From a virus (lineage: Duplodnaviria > Heunggongvirae > Uroviricota > Caudoviricetes): DNA of 25,588 bases. Numbering within the stretch: position 1 is the stretch's first letter; each line of letters begins with the position of its first letter. This document shows, one piece after another, positions 1-11,800 of the stretch. The position numbers and the translations under genes were made by a program. Under the pieces are notes generated by a model. The model did not search any database and was not told the DNA's origin. It saw only the letters and a list, made by a program, of their open reading frames with translations. The stretch lies in the IMG/VR virus record IMGVR_UViG_645058767_000002. One strand, given 5' to 3'.

Positions 1-702
1 CAGGCCATCCACGCAGGCAATCAGAATGTCCTGAAGACCGCGATTTTTTAGCTCTGTCAGCACACTTAGCCAGAACTTCGCACCTTCATTTTCTGCCAGC
101 CACATGCCCAGCAGCTCTTTCTGACCTTCAGTGTTGATGCCCAGCGCTAGGAACACTGCTTTGTTTATCACGCTACCGTTCTGGCGGACTTTTACGACAA
201 TGCAGTCCATATAAACAATGGGATACAGAGCATCCAGTTGGCGGTTTTGCCATTCAGCAACCTGCTCTTTTACGGCATCGGTGACTTTAGATATCAGCGT
301 GGGAGACACATCGGCGTCATACATCTCTTTGAAGGTGGCGACGATTTCGCGGGTGGTCATGCCTTTGGCGTACAGGGACAAAATCTGGCTGTCCATCTGT
401 GTGATACGCGTCTGATTTTTCTTTATCAGCTGCGGTTCAAAGGTGTTTTCGCGGTCGCGTGGCGTATTCAGCTCGATTTCGCCGTCGTCGCATAGCAGTG
501 TTTTGGACGAATAGCCGTTGCGGGTATTCGAGCCTGATTTAGGGGTATTTTTCTCGTGCCCGAGGTGTTCGGTAAGCTCTGCATTTAACGCTGTTTCGAC
601 GGTAAGCTTTGTTAGCATACGAGAAAATGCATTAAGGTCGGCTTCGGTTTTAAGACCTTTAGCCAGTTCAGCCGCAAGTGCTTTAAGTTTCTTTTCGTCC
701 AT
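1..702 (-). CDS. IS256-family (IS285-like) transposase, N-terminal 234 codons (partial; missed by the ORF track)
   Basis: Manual translation from ATG at 702: MDEKKLKALAAELAKGLKTEADLNAFSRMLTKLTVETALNAELTEHLGHEK...RNGYSSK...PRDR...YPIVYMDCIVVKVR...GQKELLGMWL...LKNRGLQDILIACVDGL. These are hallmark IS256 transposase motifs; the frame is open to the window edge. Confidence 0.95.
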   Translation of the reverse strand, partial: MDEKKLKALAAELAKGLKTEADLNAFSRMLTKLTVETALNAELTEHLGHEKNTPKSGSNTRNGYSSKTLLCDDGEIELNTPRDRENTFEPQLIKKNQTRITQMDSQILSLYAKGMTTREIVATFKEMYDADVSPTLISKVTDAVKEQVAEWQNRQLDALYPIVYMDCIVVKVRQNGSVINKAVFLALGINTEGQKELLGMWLAENEGAKFWLSVLTELKNRGLQDILIACVDGL

Positions 703-773
703 AATTTGCCTGTCTCCGTTGTTGGAGTGAAGATATCAAAAACAGGCAATTACACAATATTGTTTACAGTCTC
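1..773 (-). mobile_element. IS256-family insertion sequence (IS285-like), left part only; continues beyond the window start
   Basis: The - strand end reads GAGACTGTAAACAATATTGTGTAATTGCCTG from 773, a typical IS256/IS285/IS1414-type terminal repeat, followed by a Mutator-type transposase ORF. The other end is outside the window, so the target duplication cannot be checked. Confidence 0.93.
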
Positions 774-1458
774 CTTTTTTCTTTTGCTTCTTTGGTATCT
801 TTTCGCCGATTTTTTCTATCTCAAGGTCTCTTAGTATAACTTGCTGAATGAATTTTTCAGCAACATGTAATAGTGACTCAAAAGCAGATTTGTCAGGTCT
901 CCATCCCCTATGTGCGGCAGCGTTACCAGCTTCTATAACAATTCTGAGTTGATCTCGTTCGGTTTCGCTCACATAACCTTTCACAAAAACATCTTTGACT
1001 TTTTGTTCCATTGTGTAGGCATTAGGTATGCCAATATGAGCGCATGAGTGATCAAATGCCGTGCGTAGCCCTGTAGAGGCGAGTATGAACGATCCGTGTT
1101 CATATGCTGTATATACTTCATCAAGAATAAAAAATAGGATTTGATCTTTTTTGTAAATTTCAAACAACCAGTCTGGCTTTAGTTTTGGTTGCTCTGGCGC
1201 AGGGACTGTTTCAATAAAATGTGTAGGGGTGAATTTTCCGTAAATATCATTATCACCATGCTCACTACCCCATGAGTCCTTATAGTAAAAAACAGTGCCA
1301 CACCCGCAACATTCCAGAAGCTTATGACTATCTTGCCCATATGATAAATTAAAACTGTCTACCGCATTACTCCACTCTTTTTGTATTTCACCATGAACTA
1401 ACGTATTGCATGTCCCTCTACATGTAGGGCAAGGCGCTTTAAAGATTTTCTCAGGCAT
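736..1458 (-). CDS. DUF4145 (HEPN-like) domain protein with N-terminal Cys-pair Zn ribbon; last ~13 residues encoded by the IS end
   Basis: CPTC and CCGC pairs, then 'ILASTGLRTAFD...LRIVIEAGNAAAH', the pattern typical of DUF4145. Sampled GC is about 32-35%. The GDCKQYCVIACF tail reads through IS bases 773-736. Confidence 0.75.
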   Translation of the reverse strand: MPEKIFKAPCPTCRGTCNTLVHGEIQKEWSNAVDSFNLSYGQDSHKLLECCGCGTVFYYKDSWGSEHGDNDIYGKFTPTHFIETVPAPEQPKLKPDWLFEIYKKDQILFFILDEVYTAYEHGSFILASTGLRTAFDHSCAHIGIPNAYTMEQKVKDVFVKGYVSETERDQLRIVIEAGNAAAHRGWRPDKSAFESLLHVAEKFIQQVILRDLEIEKIGEKIPKKQKKKGDCKQYCVIACF

Positions 1459-1648
1459 ACATAATCCAGCAAGGTAAGATGGTTTCTATCATGGAGTTTA
1501 TAGAAAAAGACATGGCTCAGGCTACTCATTTACGCGTAACAATGCCCCATAGCATATAAACCGATAAGGTAGCACTTGTCGAATCAGGGTTGGTCAATAT
1601 TTGAACTTGTAATGCAATGGACTATGGATTTTCCTGAACCTAAATCGA

Positions 1649-1666
1649 TAAGTAGATACTTACTTA
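1649..1666 (+). promoter_or_regulatory. 18-bp intergenic motif, copy 1 (TAAGTAGATACTTACTTA)
   Basis: Matches five other intergenic copies; contains the inverted repeat TAAGTA-GA-TACTTA; lies in the divergent intergenic region 44 bp upstream of the ATG at 1711. Confidence 0.65.
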
Positions 1667-1710
1667 ATTTTCTGTAAGAATATGCGCGACGAAGGAATTG
1701 AGGAACCTTT

Positions 1711-4314
<2,604 letters not shown>

Positions 4315-4319
4315 TTATA

Positions 4320-4337
4320 TAAATAACTACCTACTTT
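4320..4337 (+). promoter_or_regulatory. 18-bp intergenic motif, copy 2 (TAAATAACTACCTACTTT); on the - strand it is immediately followed by TATAAT (4319-4314)
   Basis: Aligns with the other copies and overlaps the tfa stop codon. The AT-rich inverted repeat TATTTATAT/ATATAAATA (4302-4325) overlaps it. Confidence 0.55.
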
Positions 4338-4944
4338 ATTTAATCAAATTTGCCGAATCTTCTTCCTCGTTTCCCAATATCGGCCAGTCAATATCTGGAG
4401 CCAACGAAGTATCAACTCGGTTAAGCAAGACACGGTACTTTTTCAACGCAACCAGTGTTTCCTTTTCTTCATCAGTTGCCATATCCAGATCAATCGCATC
4501 TTGAAGCAAGGAAATTTGTTGGCTGACGTTCTTCATCAGCACCGATTTATTCTGCTCGGCTTCACCGACAAGGGCAGTCTTCTCTGCTTCTTCGTCTTTA
4601 ACCCAAGCAGAACCATCCCATTTCTGGTATTCCCCGTTTGGAGAGATGTAGGTTACATTTTCGGGCAACGGGCCAAGTTCAGCGATGAACACCGGTTCAC
4701 CGGTTTCTGTGCTGTAAAGCGTTTTGCCACGATGATCTTCTTCAAGGCTCCACTCTTGCTTTGTGAAGTCAAAAACTGCGGCAAACCCTTCCGTAGTCGT
4801 CGGTGGTTCAATCTCAGTGCAGTTGGCCGGTAACCCAGTAAACGGTGGGATATAGGCATCTCCAACTCCGATATATTCATTTGTCCCCTCCAGCAGATTG
4901 TACACTTTGAGAGTTCTCGCTTTATCAGTCATTTTGAAAGTCAT
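4336..4944 (-). CDS. Tail fibre assembly chaperone (lambda Tfa / T4 gp38-like)
   Basis: MTFKM...[25 protein letters not shown]...[14 protein letters not shown]...LGPLPENVT...[12 protein letters not shown]...[12 protein letters not shown]...DIDWP closely follows lambda Tfa; SD AAGGAG precedes the ATG. Confidence 0.93.
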   Translation of the reverse strand: MTFKMTDKARTLKVYNLLEGTNEYIGVGDAYIPPFTGLPANCTEIEPPTTTEGFAAVFDFTKQEWSLEEDHRGKTLYSTETGEPVFIAELGPLPENVTYISPNGEYQKWDGSAWVKDEEAEKTALVGEAEQNKSVLMKNVSQQISLLQDAIDLDMATDEEKETLVALKKYRVLLNRVDTSLAPDIDWPILGNEEEDSANLIK

Positions 4945-5036
4945 TTCGTCAACTCCTTTAACGATACAGATTTAAAAGAATGCGCATTAGAATTGTCCCC
5001 TGATGTCTCGGACGTGATGCACGCCAACCAAAAGCC

Positions 5037-5249
5037 TCACAAACTATTGGTAAAAACCTTGCCCGATATATTCAGCATTCGCGCTCCCATCCACCTGACC
5101 AAACTGTTCGTAGCACTGACAATGCAGTCAAACTCAGCGCTCGCTTCGAGCGACCTGTAAATTATCTCGACATTTTCGCTATATCCAAATTCACATGTAC
5201 AAGCATCAGCCATTTCTGCAACAGGTGCCGAAAAAACTAATATAATCAT
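5037..5249 (-). CDS. Small hypothetical protein (70 aa), translationally coupled to the tail-fibre gene
   Basis: Its ATG overlaps the fibre stop as ATGA (5249-5246) and it fills most of the 300-bp gap between fibre and tfa. I recognise no domain. Confidence 0.5.
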   Translation of the reverse strand: MIILVFSAPVAEMADACTCEFGYSENVEIIYRSLEASAEFDCIVSATNSLVRWMGARMLNISGKVFTNSL

Positions 5250-8134
5250 GCGAGTCTCACTATGTAGTTATATGCAATGTTTTTCACGGTGTTCTCCGCA
5301 TTACCACAAGCGGCAATAGTGATAGTGTGTGAGTGCGCCCCAATTGCCACTGAATGCGAGTGTGATCCAATACTCAATGAGTGAGCATGTGCGCCAATAC
5401 CAACGGTATGGGCATGAGCACCGGCACTGACAGCAGTACCGGAGATTGAGTGGGCATGATCACCTGCACTACTTGTCCAGACATTGAAAGCATTGGCTGT
5501 AGTCTGCTGTGTGTTGTATTGCTTACCGACAGCATTCTGGTTCCTCGAATCTGTAGATCTTGGATACTGAGTATGAGCAGTTACCGTATGCGCATGGGCA
5601 CCTGAACTCGATGTAGAGCCAGACAGCGAGTGTGCATGAGCACCAGTGCTGTTAGACGATTTCGTTCCATAATCGAAGCCACTGGACGTTTTTGTCCCGT
5701 AATCAAATGTTGTGGTTGGTTTTGTACCAAGATCTGTACTGGAAGCGGCTGCATTGTGCGCATGTGACTTAATTCCATCTTGCTCCAGTGACAACACTGC
5801 ACGAGAAGTTGGTTTACCCTTAATCATCCATCCACGCATGTCAGGTAACACACCTGATGGGTATGCGGCCGCCAGCTTCGGATACACACTCTTGTCAAAC
5901 GTCTGCCCTTGCATGATGGCGAAACCAGACGGGGCCACATCGTTCGGCCACGGAATAGGGGCACCTACTGGATATGACTCAGGCGGTGGTAGAACACTAC
6001 TGTACAATATATAATTTGCGCCGTTCGTGGAACTTGCAGGTTTGGTCGCCACATACTCTGGTGTGCCGAACAACACTATGCTTGCATTATTTGTACAATC
6101 GCTCAGAGCAATAACATCAATAGAGTACTGTCCAACGTTTACATAAATATCGTAAACATCTCCTGATGTATTTATCCACGCCACCCCTTGAGCACCTGCT
6201 GGTGAGCGTTGCCATAATGTTGCTGTGATGCCAACAGGATTCCAGTTCCCTGATCGCAACACTATTTCGCTTATCGCTGCCTGGTCATAAAGCCCCGCGT
6301 TGTATCCAGCACCTCCAATAAGAGTAATTAAAGCGGTTGAAGCTCCTTGAGGCATTGTTACTGTCGCTAACTTATACCACCCGGATTCCTTAACAAACGA
6401 AATTCTGGCGGAGCTAACTGCACCTATATTTTTCACAAATAATCTTTTGTCAGGAATATCTGCCCCATTCTGGGATTTCTGAATTGAGCCAGCCGCCAGG
6501 TTAACCGTATTCAACAAGCCAAGATAATCAATTACCCCTTGAGGTGAACGACCAGAAAGCGCAGTTAGTGTTCCATCCAAAGGCTGCTTTCTAGCCAACA
6601 TGTTCGTAATAGTCGTAGCAAAGTTTGGATCATTGCCTAACGCAGCAGCCAGCTCATTTAACGTATCCAGTGCTTCAGGCGCTGAGCCAACAAGTTGTGC
6701 TACTTTTGAAGCCACAAACGCGGCTGTCGCGATCTCACGTCCAGCAGCAGTAATTGCCGGAGTTGGAGCTGTTGGTGCGCCAGATAGCGCGGGGCTATCT
6801 ATAGGAGCCTTTAGAGCAACGGCATCCATGACTGTTTTCACAGCTTTTGGTGTAGAGGCAAGAGTTTCACTCTCGCTATCAGTTGCACTACTCAACTGAA
6901 CAACCCCCTGCTGTGAGGTTGTTGCATCGTTTACCTTGCTGCCTTCAGCTATTTCCTGAGCTTCGTCTCTAAATCGCTTGGCGTCATCGGCAAAACCTTG
7001 AGCACTTGCGCTAGCACTGTTTGCCTTTTCCGCCTCTGATTTAACCGCCGACAGGAGCTGATCAGATGTTTTCGTGGCTGCTTCTCTTGCCGCTGTATCA
7101 GCCGCTGTTTTAGCCTCTTCGCTATACTGAATCGTTGAGTCCCTAGCAGCGAAAACTTCATCTTTCATTCTCGATACTTCGGCTTTATTGGTATCGACAT
7201 CATGTCTGGAGGCATCAGCTGATGTGGCATTAGCTGATGCCTCTGCCGCAGCCGCTACAGCGGTATCTTTTGAGGTTCTGGCTTCATTTTCACTATTGGC
7301 TGCCGCTGCTTCTGAAGCAGCAGCAGCCTCTTTAGAGGTCTTGGCTGACTCCGCGTATTGCAATGCTTCTGAGGCGCTATTTGCCGAAGAAGACGCACTT
7401 AATGCCGCAGCAGCCTTGCTTTCAGCCGCATTGGTCTCTGACGCGGCAGAATTATCTTCAGATGTTTTAGCCGCAGAGGCACTTGCCTTCGATGAAGCTG
7501 CGCTTTCTGCCGCGCCGTGCTCCGATGCTTTTGATGCAGCGGCACTTAGCTCTGCCGCAGTTTTATACTCAGATGCTGAAGCTGAACTTTGAGCGGCTTC
7601 ATCTGCTTTTGCTCTTGCTTCTGAAGAGCTTTGCGCCGCAGCTAATGCGCGCTCAGCGGCCTCACGAGCCTTCTCGCCTGCCGCATTAATAGCGTCTGCA
7701 TTATCCGTATACCATTTCTGGTTTGCGTTGTGCTCATCGACGATCTGCGTCAGCGACTTCACGGTCACTTCCGTACCGTCTTCACGCTCAAGCGTTACCT
7801 CATCAACTGCCGTCAACCAGCTGCGCATCGTCTTCGAGTCGGCTGACATACGGGTCATAAGCGCGGTAAAACGTGCGCTGAACTGCGTTAAGTCGCCCTC
7901 ATAGGTTGTGATGATGCGGCACGGAACTTCCTTCTGGGTCTCCCCTGTGTACGGCTCTGCGAGAATCAGACTTGTGTCGCTAATTACGCGCTTAATTTCG
8001 TACAACTTGTTGTCAGGGCCGATGACGATCATGCCCGGCAGAACGCCGTTGGCGGTCACATTCCAGTACGTGCCAGTGCCAGAAAGTGCGTCACTTCCCT
8101 GTGTAAATGTGATAGTACCTTCCCTGTACCACAT
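5246..8134 (-). CDS. Side tail fibre protein (lambda Stf-like; collar domain and His-rich needle), about 962 aa
   Basis: Start moved to ATG 8134 ([18 protein letters not shown]). Ala/Ser/Glu coiled coil, '[18 protein letters not shown]' fibre repeat, '[24 protein letters not shown]', collar '[10 protein letters not shown]...PDMRG', eight HxH motifs, and '[16 protein letters not shown]' end as in lambda Stf. Confidence 0.93.
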   Translation of the reverse strand: MWYREGTITFTQGSDALSGTGTYWNVTANGVLPGMIVIGPDNKLYEIKRVISDTSLILAEPYTGETQKEVPCRIITTYEGDLTQFSARFTALMTRMSADSKTMRSWLTAVDEVTLEREDGTEVTVKSLTQIVDEHNANQKWYTDNADAINAAGEKAREAAERALAAAQSSSEARAKADEAAQSSASASEYKTAAELSAAASKASEHGAAESAASSKASASAAKTSEDNSAASETNAAESKAAAALSASSSANSASEALQYAESAKTSKEAAAASEAAAANSENEARTSKDTAVAAAAEASANATSADASRHDVDTNKAEVSRMKDEVFAARDSTIQYSEEAKTAADTAAREAATKTSDQLLSAVKSEAEKANSASASAQGFADDAKRFRDEAQEIAEGSKVNDATTSQQGVVQLSSATDSESETLASTPKAVKTVMDAVALKAPIDSPALSGAPTAPTPAITAAGREIATAAFVASKVAQLVGSAPEALDTLNELAAALGNDPNFATTITNMLARKQPLDGTLTALSGRSPQGVIDYLGLLNTVNLAAGSIQKSQNGADIPDKRLFVKNIGAVSSARISFVKESGWYKLATVTMPQGASTALITLIGGAGYNAGLYDQAAISEIVLRSGNWNPVGITATLWQRSPAGAQGVAWINTSGDVYDIYVNVGQYSIDVIALSDCTNNASIVLFGTPEYVATKPASSTNGANYILYSSVLPPPESYPVGAPIPWPNDVAPSGFAIMQGQTFDKSVYPKLAAAYPSGVLPDMRGWMIKGKPTSRAVLSLEQDGIKSHAHNAAASSTDLGTKPTTTFDYGTKTSSGFDYGTKSSNSTGAHAHSLSGSTSSSGAHAHTVTAHTQYPRSTDSRNQNAVGKQYNTQQTTANAFNVWTSSAGDHAHSISGTAVSAGAHAHTVGIGAHAHSLSIGSHSHSVAIGAHSHTITIAACGNAENTVKNIAYNYIVRLA

Positions 8135-8150
8135 ATTCGCTCCTTGTAAA

Positions 8151-8170
8151 GGCGGGCATCCCTGCTCGCC
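8151..8170 (-). terminator. Imperfect stem-loop upstream of the fibre gene (weak terminator or attenuator candidate)
   Basis: GGCGAGCA-GGGA-TGCCCGCC followed by TTTAC; one A-C mismatch on the transcript strand. Confidence 0.4.
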
Positions 8171-8171
8171 A

Positions 8172-8189
8172 TAGGTAATCACTTACTTA
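8172..8189 (+). promoter_or_regulatory. 18-bp intergenic motif, copy 3 (TAGGTAATCACTTACTTA)
   Basis: Between the DUF4376 gene stop and the fibre start; 1 nt from the hairpin. Confidence 0.65.
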
Positions 8190-8214
8190 TTTTTACCGAT
8201 ATAAAGAAAGATGT

Positions 8215-8832
8215 CTACCGCCGAGCAGAGCCATCCCCCCACCCGACCTGATAATTTTTGATTAGCTCAGGATCACACATCTCCAGAATGTCTTTTTTCA
8301 TCACCCTCTGTCGTTCGTGGGCGCCGAACTTGCGGTCGAACAACGTCTGGGTCATTCTCATCCCTAATTCCTTCAGTTGCTCCTGCGTTACCGGAACATC
8401 GTTATTATCCGCATCGGTCCAGAAGAAATTGTCAGGGAGACCGCTTTCCGCTGCTTTAAGCGAGATATCCAAACGTTCTTTGGAAATGTCATTCGCGTCC
8501 CAGCGGTGGCCGTTCCATTCGAAATAAACGGTGCGACACTCCTGACGAAGACGCCAGTCATTAATTACTGCCAGTTTCTCAACTTTCAATCTTTCGATGT
8601 ACTCGCCTTGTTCGGGGTACGGAGCGATACCACCACTGGATTCCGACTCCAGAGCCTCCAGTATTTTCTTGGCCAAAGGTGATGTGTCACTTTCCGACAA
8701 CGTGTATGGCAAAAACAAAGGGGTTACACCATCGTCCATAACAAGGCCATCAAATTGAATCTCACAAGAGATACCGCCACTAAGACTGCGCACTGCGTTC
8801 CTTACAGCAGAGATGACAGGGGTTTCGTCCAT
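8215..8832 (-). CDS. DUF4376-domain protein (tail fibre / tip assembly chaperone-like)
   Basis: 'KVEKLAVINDWRLRQEC...FEWNGHRWDAN..SKERL...FFWTDADNNDVPVTQEQLKELG...HERQRVMKKDI...YQVGW' is the DUF4376 pattern. ATG 8832 has SD AAGGA; ATG 8847 is an alternative start. Confidence 0.7.
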   Translation of the reverse strand: MDETPVISAVRNAVRSLSGGISCEIQFDGLVMDDGVTPLFLPYTLSESDTSPLAKKILEALESESSGGIAPYPEQGEYIERLKVEKLAVINDWRLRQECRTVYFEWNGHRWDANDISKERLDISLKAAESGLPDNFFWTDADNNDVPVTQEQLKELGMRMTQTLFDRKFGAHERQRVMKKDILEMCDPELIKNYQVGWGDGSARR

Positions 8833-8849
8833 AATATCCTTCTCCATTT

Positions 8850-11800
8850 TTAAGCCTTAAACACCAGAATGAGATAAGGTTCATTCACGCGGTGATCGTA
8901 TTTACGCTGTCTATGCCAGGTATAAACATCAACAGTCGCAGACTGACCTGCCGGCAAATTGTAATAACCAAACAAGCCAGATTGATTTTTAGAGCCTTCT
9001 CTCATTCCATATATCTGCTGCTTCACTCCATTTACCGTATACTCGGTAATTCTTGACCATGAGTAGGTGTTAATATCCTCCGATGGCTTGTTATAGTAGT
9101 AACCATTTACCACATAGATAATTCTGGCGAATGTTTGAGGTGCAATATAAATACTGCTGCCATTAACCATGTAGGCTTTAACAATATCGCCATCAATCTG
9201 GTTCGCGTGCAGTTTCCCCAGAATCTGGCAGTTCTGCGCGATGGTGACGTTATTCAGCGTGCCGGAGTTTGCAGCAATATTTCCCCTGAACGTACCGTTG
9301 TTGAACTCAGGGCTACCATCTTTGGGGATAATCCAGCCTCTACTGCCTGCGGCGTAATCGTTCGACTGAATGACATTACCAATTTTGGCGTTCGTAATTG
9401 TGCCGTCTTTGATATAAGCGCCGTTCATATACGCCACGCTGTTTTCGATGACAAATGGCGTAGTGATCTTCCCGTTTACGGAGTTGACCAGGCCAAAACG
9501 GTCTGCCTGCACCAAAAATTGTGATAAACCGGTACTGTCGATACCCAGCGCGATACCTGCAACGTACTTCTGCCCGCCGCTGGTAGATGTTTCCATCTTC
9601 AGCGTCCAGGCAGCAGAAACCTTCTTATCGGTATCGGCAATCGCCTTCGCTTGCTGCTGAATGAGAGCCGAGTTGCCATCAACTTCAGCCTTAACCGTAT
9701 CAATTCTCTTACCGAGAGCACCGTCAGCGTTTGCACGCGCGGTGGCTTCGGATGTGATAGCAGCGTTGATATCTTTGCCGGTCTGAGCCTGGAGATTGGT
9801 GATCTGCCCGGCCAGAGCAGAGTCGGCATCGGTACGCGCTTTCGTCTCTGTGTCGACAGCGGCCTTGATGTCCTCTGCCGTCTGAGCCTTCAGCGAGCTG
9901 ATCTGCGAAGCCAGAGCACCATCTGCATCGGTTCGAGCCTGGGTCTCTTCTGCAACGGCGGCTTTGATATCCTCACCATTCTGTGCCTTCAGTTGGGTAA
10001 TTTGCTTCGATAGCGCCTCATCCGCTGTGGCTCGGGCAATCTGCTCTTCAGTAAGTGCAGCGCTGATATCACCTTCAACTTTCGCCTGCAACGTGGTGAT
10101 CTGACGAGAAAGCGTTTCATCCGCAGTCGCACGCGCCTCTTGCTCGGAAACGATTGCCGCTGAAATATCGTCGTTGAGCTGGGCTTCCAGCTTGGAGATA
10201 TGCGTCGCAATTGTCTTGTCAGCCTCTACGCGAGCCGTTGTCTCTTCCAGAATCGACGCCCGGATGTCCTCACCAATTTCTGCGCGGATTTCTTCCACTT
10301 TTGAGGCCATTGCAGACATATCGTCGGCAAACGTCTTCTGAGTGGTTGCGATCTTCGCATTATTGACCATCTGCTTGTGCTGGTCTTCATCCTGACGCAG
10401 AGCGAGGTCAATATTGGTTTTGGCCAGAGCCTCGATATTGGTCGACGCTTCCGCGCTGGCGCGTTCGACTTCGGCAACGGTCTTTTTCATCTCTTCGACG
10501 GCGGCAACACTGTCATCGACGGAGGATTTCATTGCCTCAATCTGTTTGGCATTTGCCTTATCACCTTCGACACGGGCTTCACGCTCTTCAGCAATCAGCG
10601 CGGAGGCGTTGTCGAGCGCAGCGTGCGCCGCTTCCACAGCGCCAGCTATGGCTTTGCCCTGCTCGGAAACGGTTTCCTGCAACTCGACCAGAGCCGCATT
10701 AGAGTCCTCAACTTGTTGCAGCGCGTCGTTGACCTTGTCCAGCGTGCCAGAGACTTCATTTTTGAGGTCGTTCTGCACCTGCTCAAGCCGACCGCTGGTG
10801 TCTTCCAGTTTGCTGTCCAGATCGGCAACGGACTGATCAAGCTCTTTCAGACTCTCTTCCATCTGTTTGTTGATGGCGTCGACCGCATCCTGAGAGGCTT
10901 TAGCGTCGATTTCCTCCAGCAGCTCCTGCCCCAGCTCGGAAGAGGTGATCTTCCCGGTAAGGAACGAGAGGACGTCTCGCGTCATCGCTTCCGTACCCAG
11001 ATTGGAGTTCGGCGGACTTAACATGCCACGCTTGTTCACCGCGCGAACCCAATAGTACCAGGTCTCACTATCTCCCAGACCGGCATGAGTGAACGTGGTG
11101 CTGGCGGCCTCTGCAACCAACTTCGCCGTTTCCAGATCGTTGGTCTGGGAGGCATACACGTTGATGTGATCAAGGTCGATTGAGTCCGGGTTGACCCAAT
11201 TCAGAATCACGTTGCGGTAGTCACCAACGGCCGTCAGAGAGGTAGGAGAGCCTGGCGGCGTCATCGTACCTTTCACCTGATAAACGGTGCTGATGATGTC
11301 CGTTTTCTTGCCGCTGAACGAAACCGCATAGAGCTGAATGTCGTATTGACCATTCTCAGCAATATTGAGGATCTCGAACTGCTCTTCGGTAACGCGTGCG
11401 GACTGCCAGTTAGAAACGTTGTTTTCATCGGAACGACGCCAGCTGATCCAATATTCCGCAGACTTACCCTCCCAGGTGGCTACGAGCTTGATTGAGAGGT
11501 TACCCGGACTGGAGATATACGTCCCTTCCGTCACCTGCAGGTTAGTCGGCTTCGAATAAGTCGGGTCGAGAACTGTGTTGTTCTCGGGGATCAGCGTCGC
11601 ACCGTTGTCGATGGCTTCGTACTTCGATGCATTATTCTGGACAACCGTAACGTTAAACGTCCCCTGAGCCTCGCCCTGGGCAACGTTGATAACACGCACG
11701 CGCATTGGCTCCAGATCTGGCTCGGTAATCGTCCAGACGCCATTCATCACCGGCATATCACCGGAATTGAGCGCTTTGGAGAAGGTCACTTTGGTAATGT

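Noticed and set aside
218-730. Short + strand ORFs (218..415, 238..495, 518..730)
   Set aside because: They are antisense shadows of the IS256-family transposase.
1471-1488. AAGGTAAGATGGTTTCTA upstream of the DUF4145 gene as a seventh, reversed motif copy
   Set aside because: About four mismatches to the consensus in AT-rich DNA; not distinguishable from chance.
7100-7680. Ala/Ser-rich repetitive DNA in the fibre gene as a separate repeat element
   Set aside because: Ordinary low-complexity coiled-coil coding sequence, as in lambda Stf.
8135-8182. Track start of the fibre gene at 8182 (likewise longer starts for K, L, tape measure and the 24736 ORF)
   Set aside because: The extensions run through hairpin or motif sequence or the upstream gene; downstream ATGs have clear SD sequences or stop-start overlaps.
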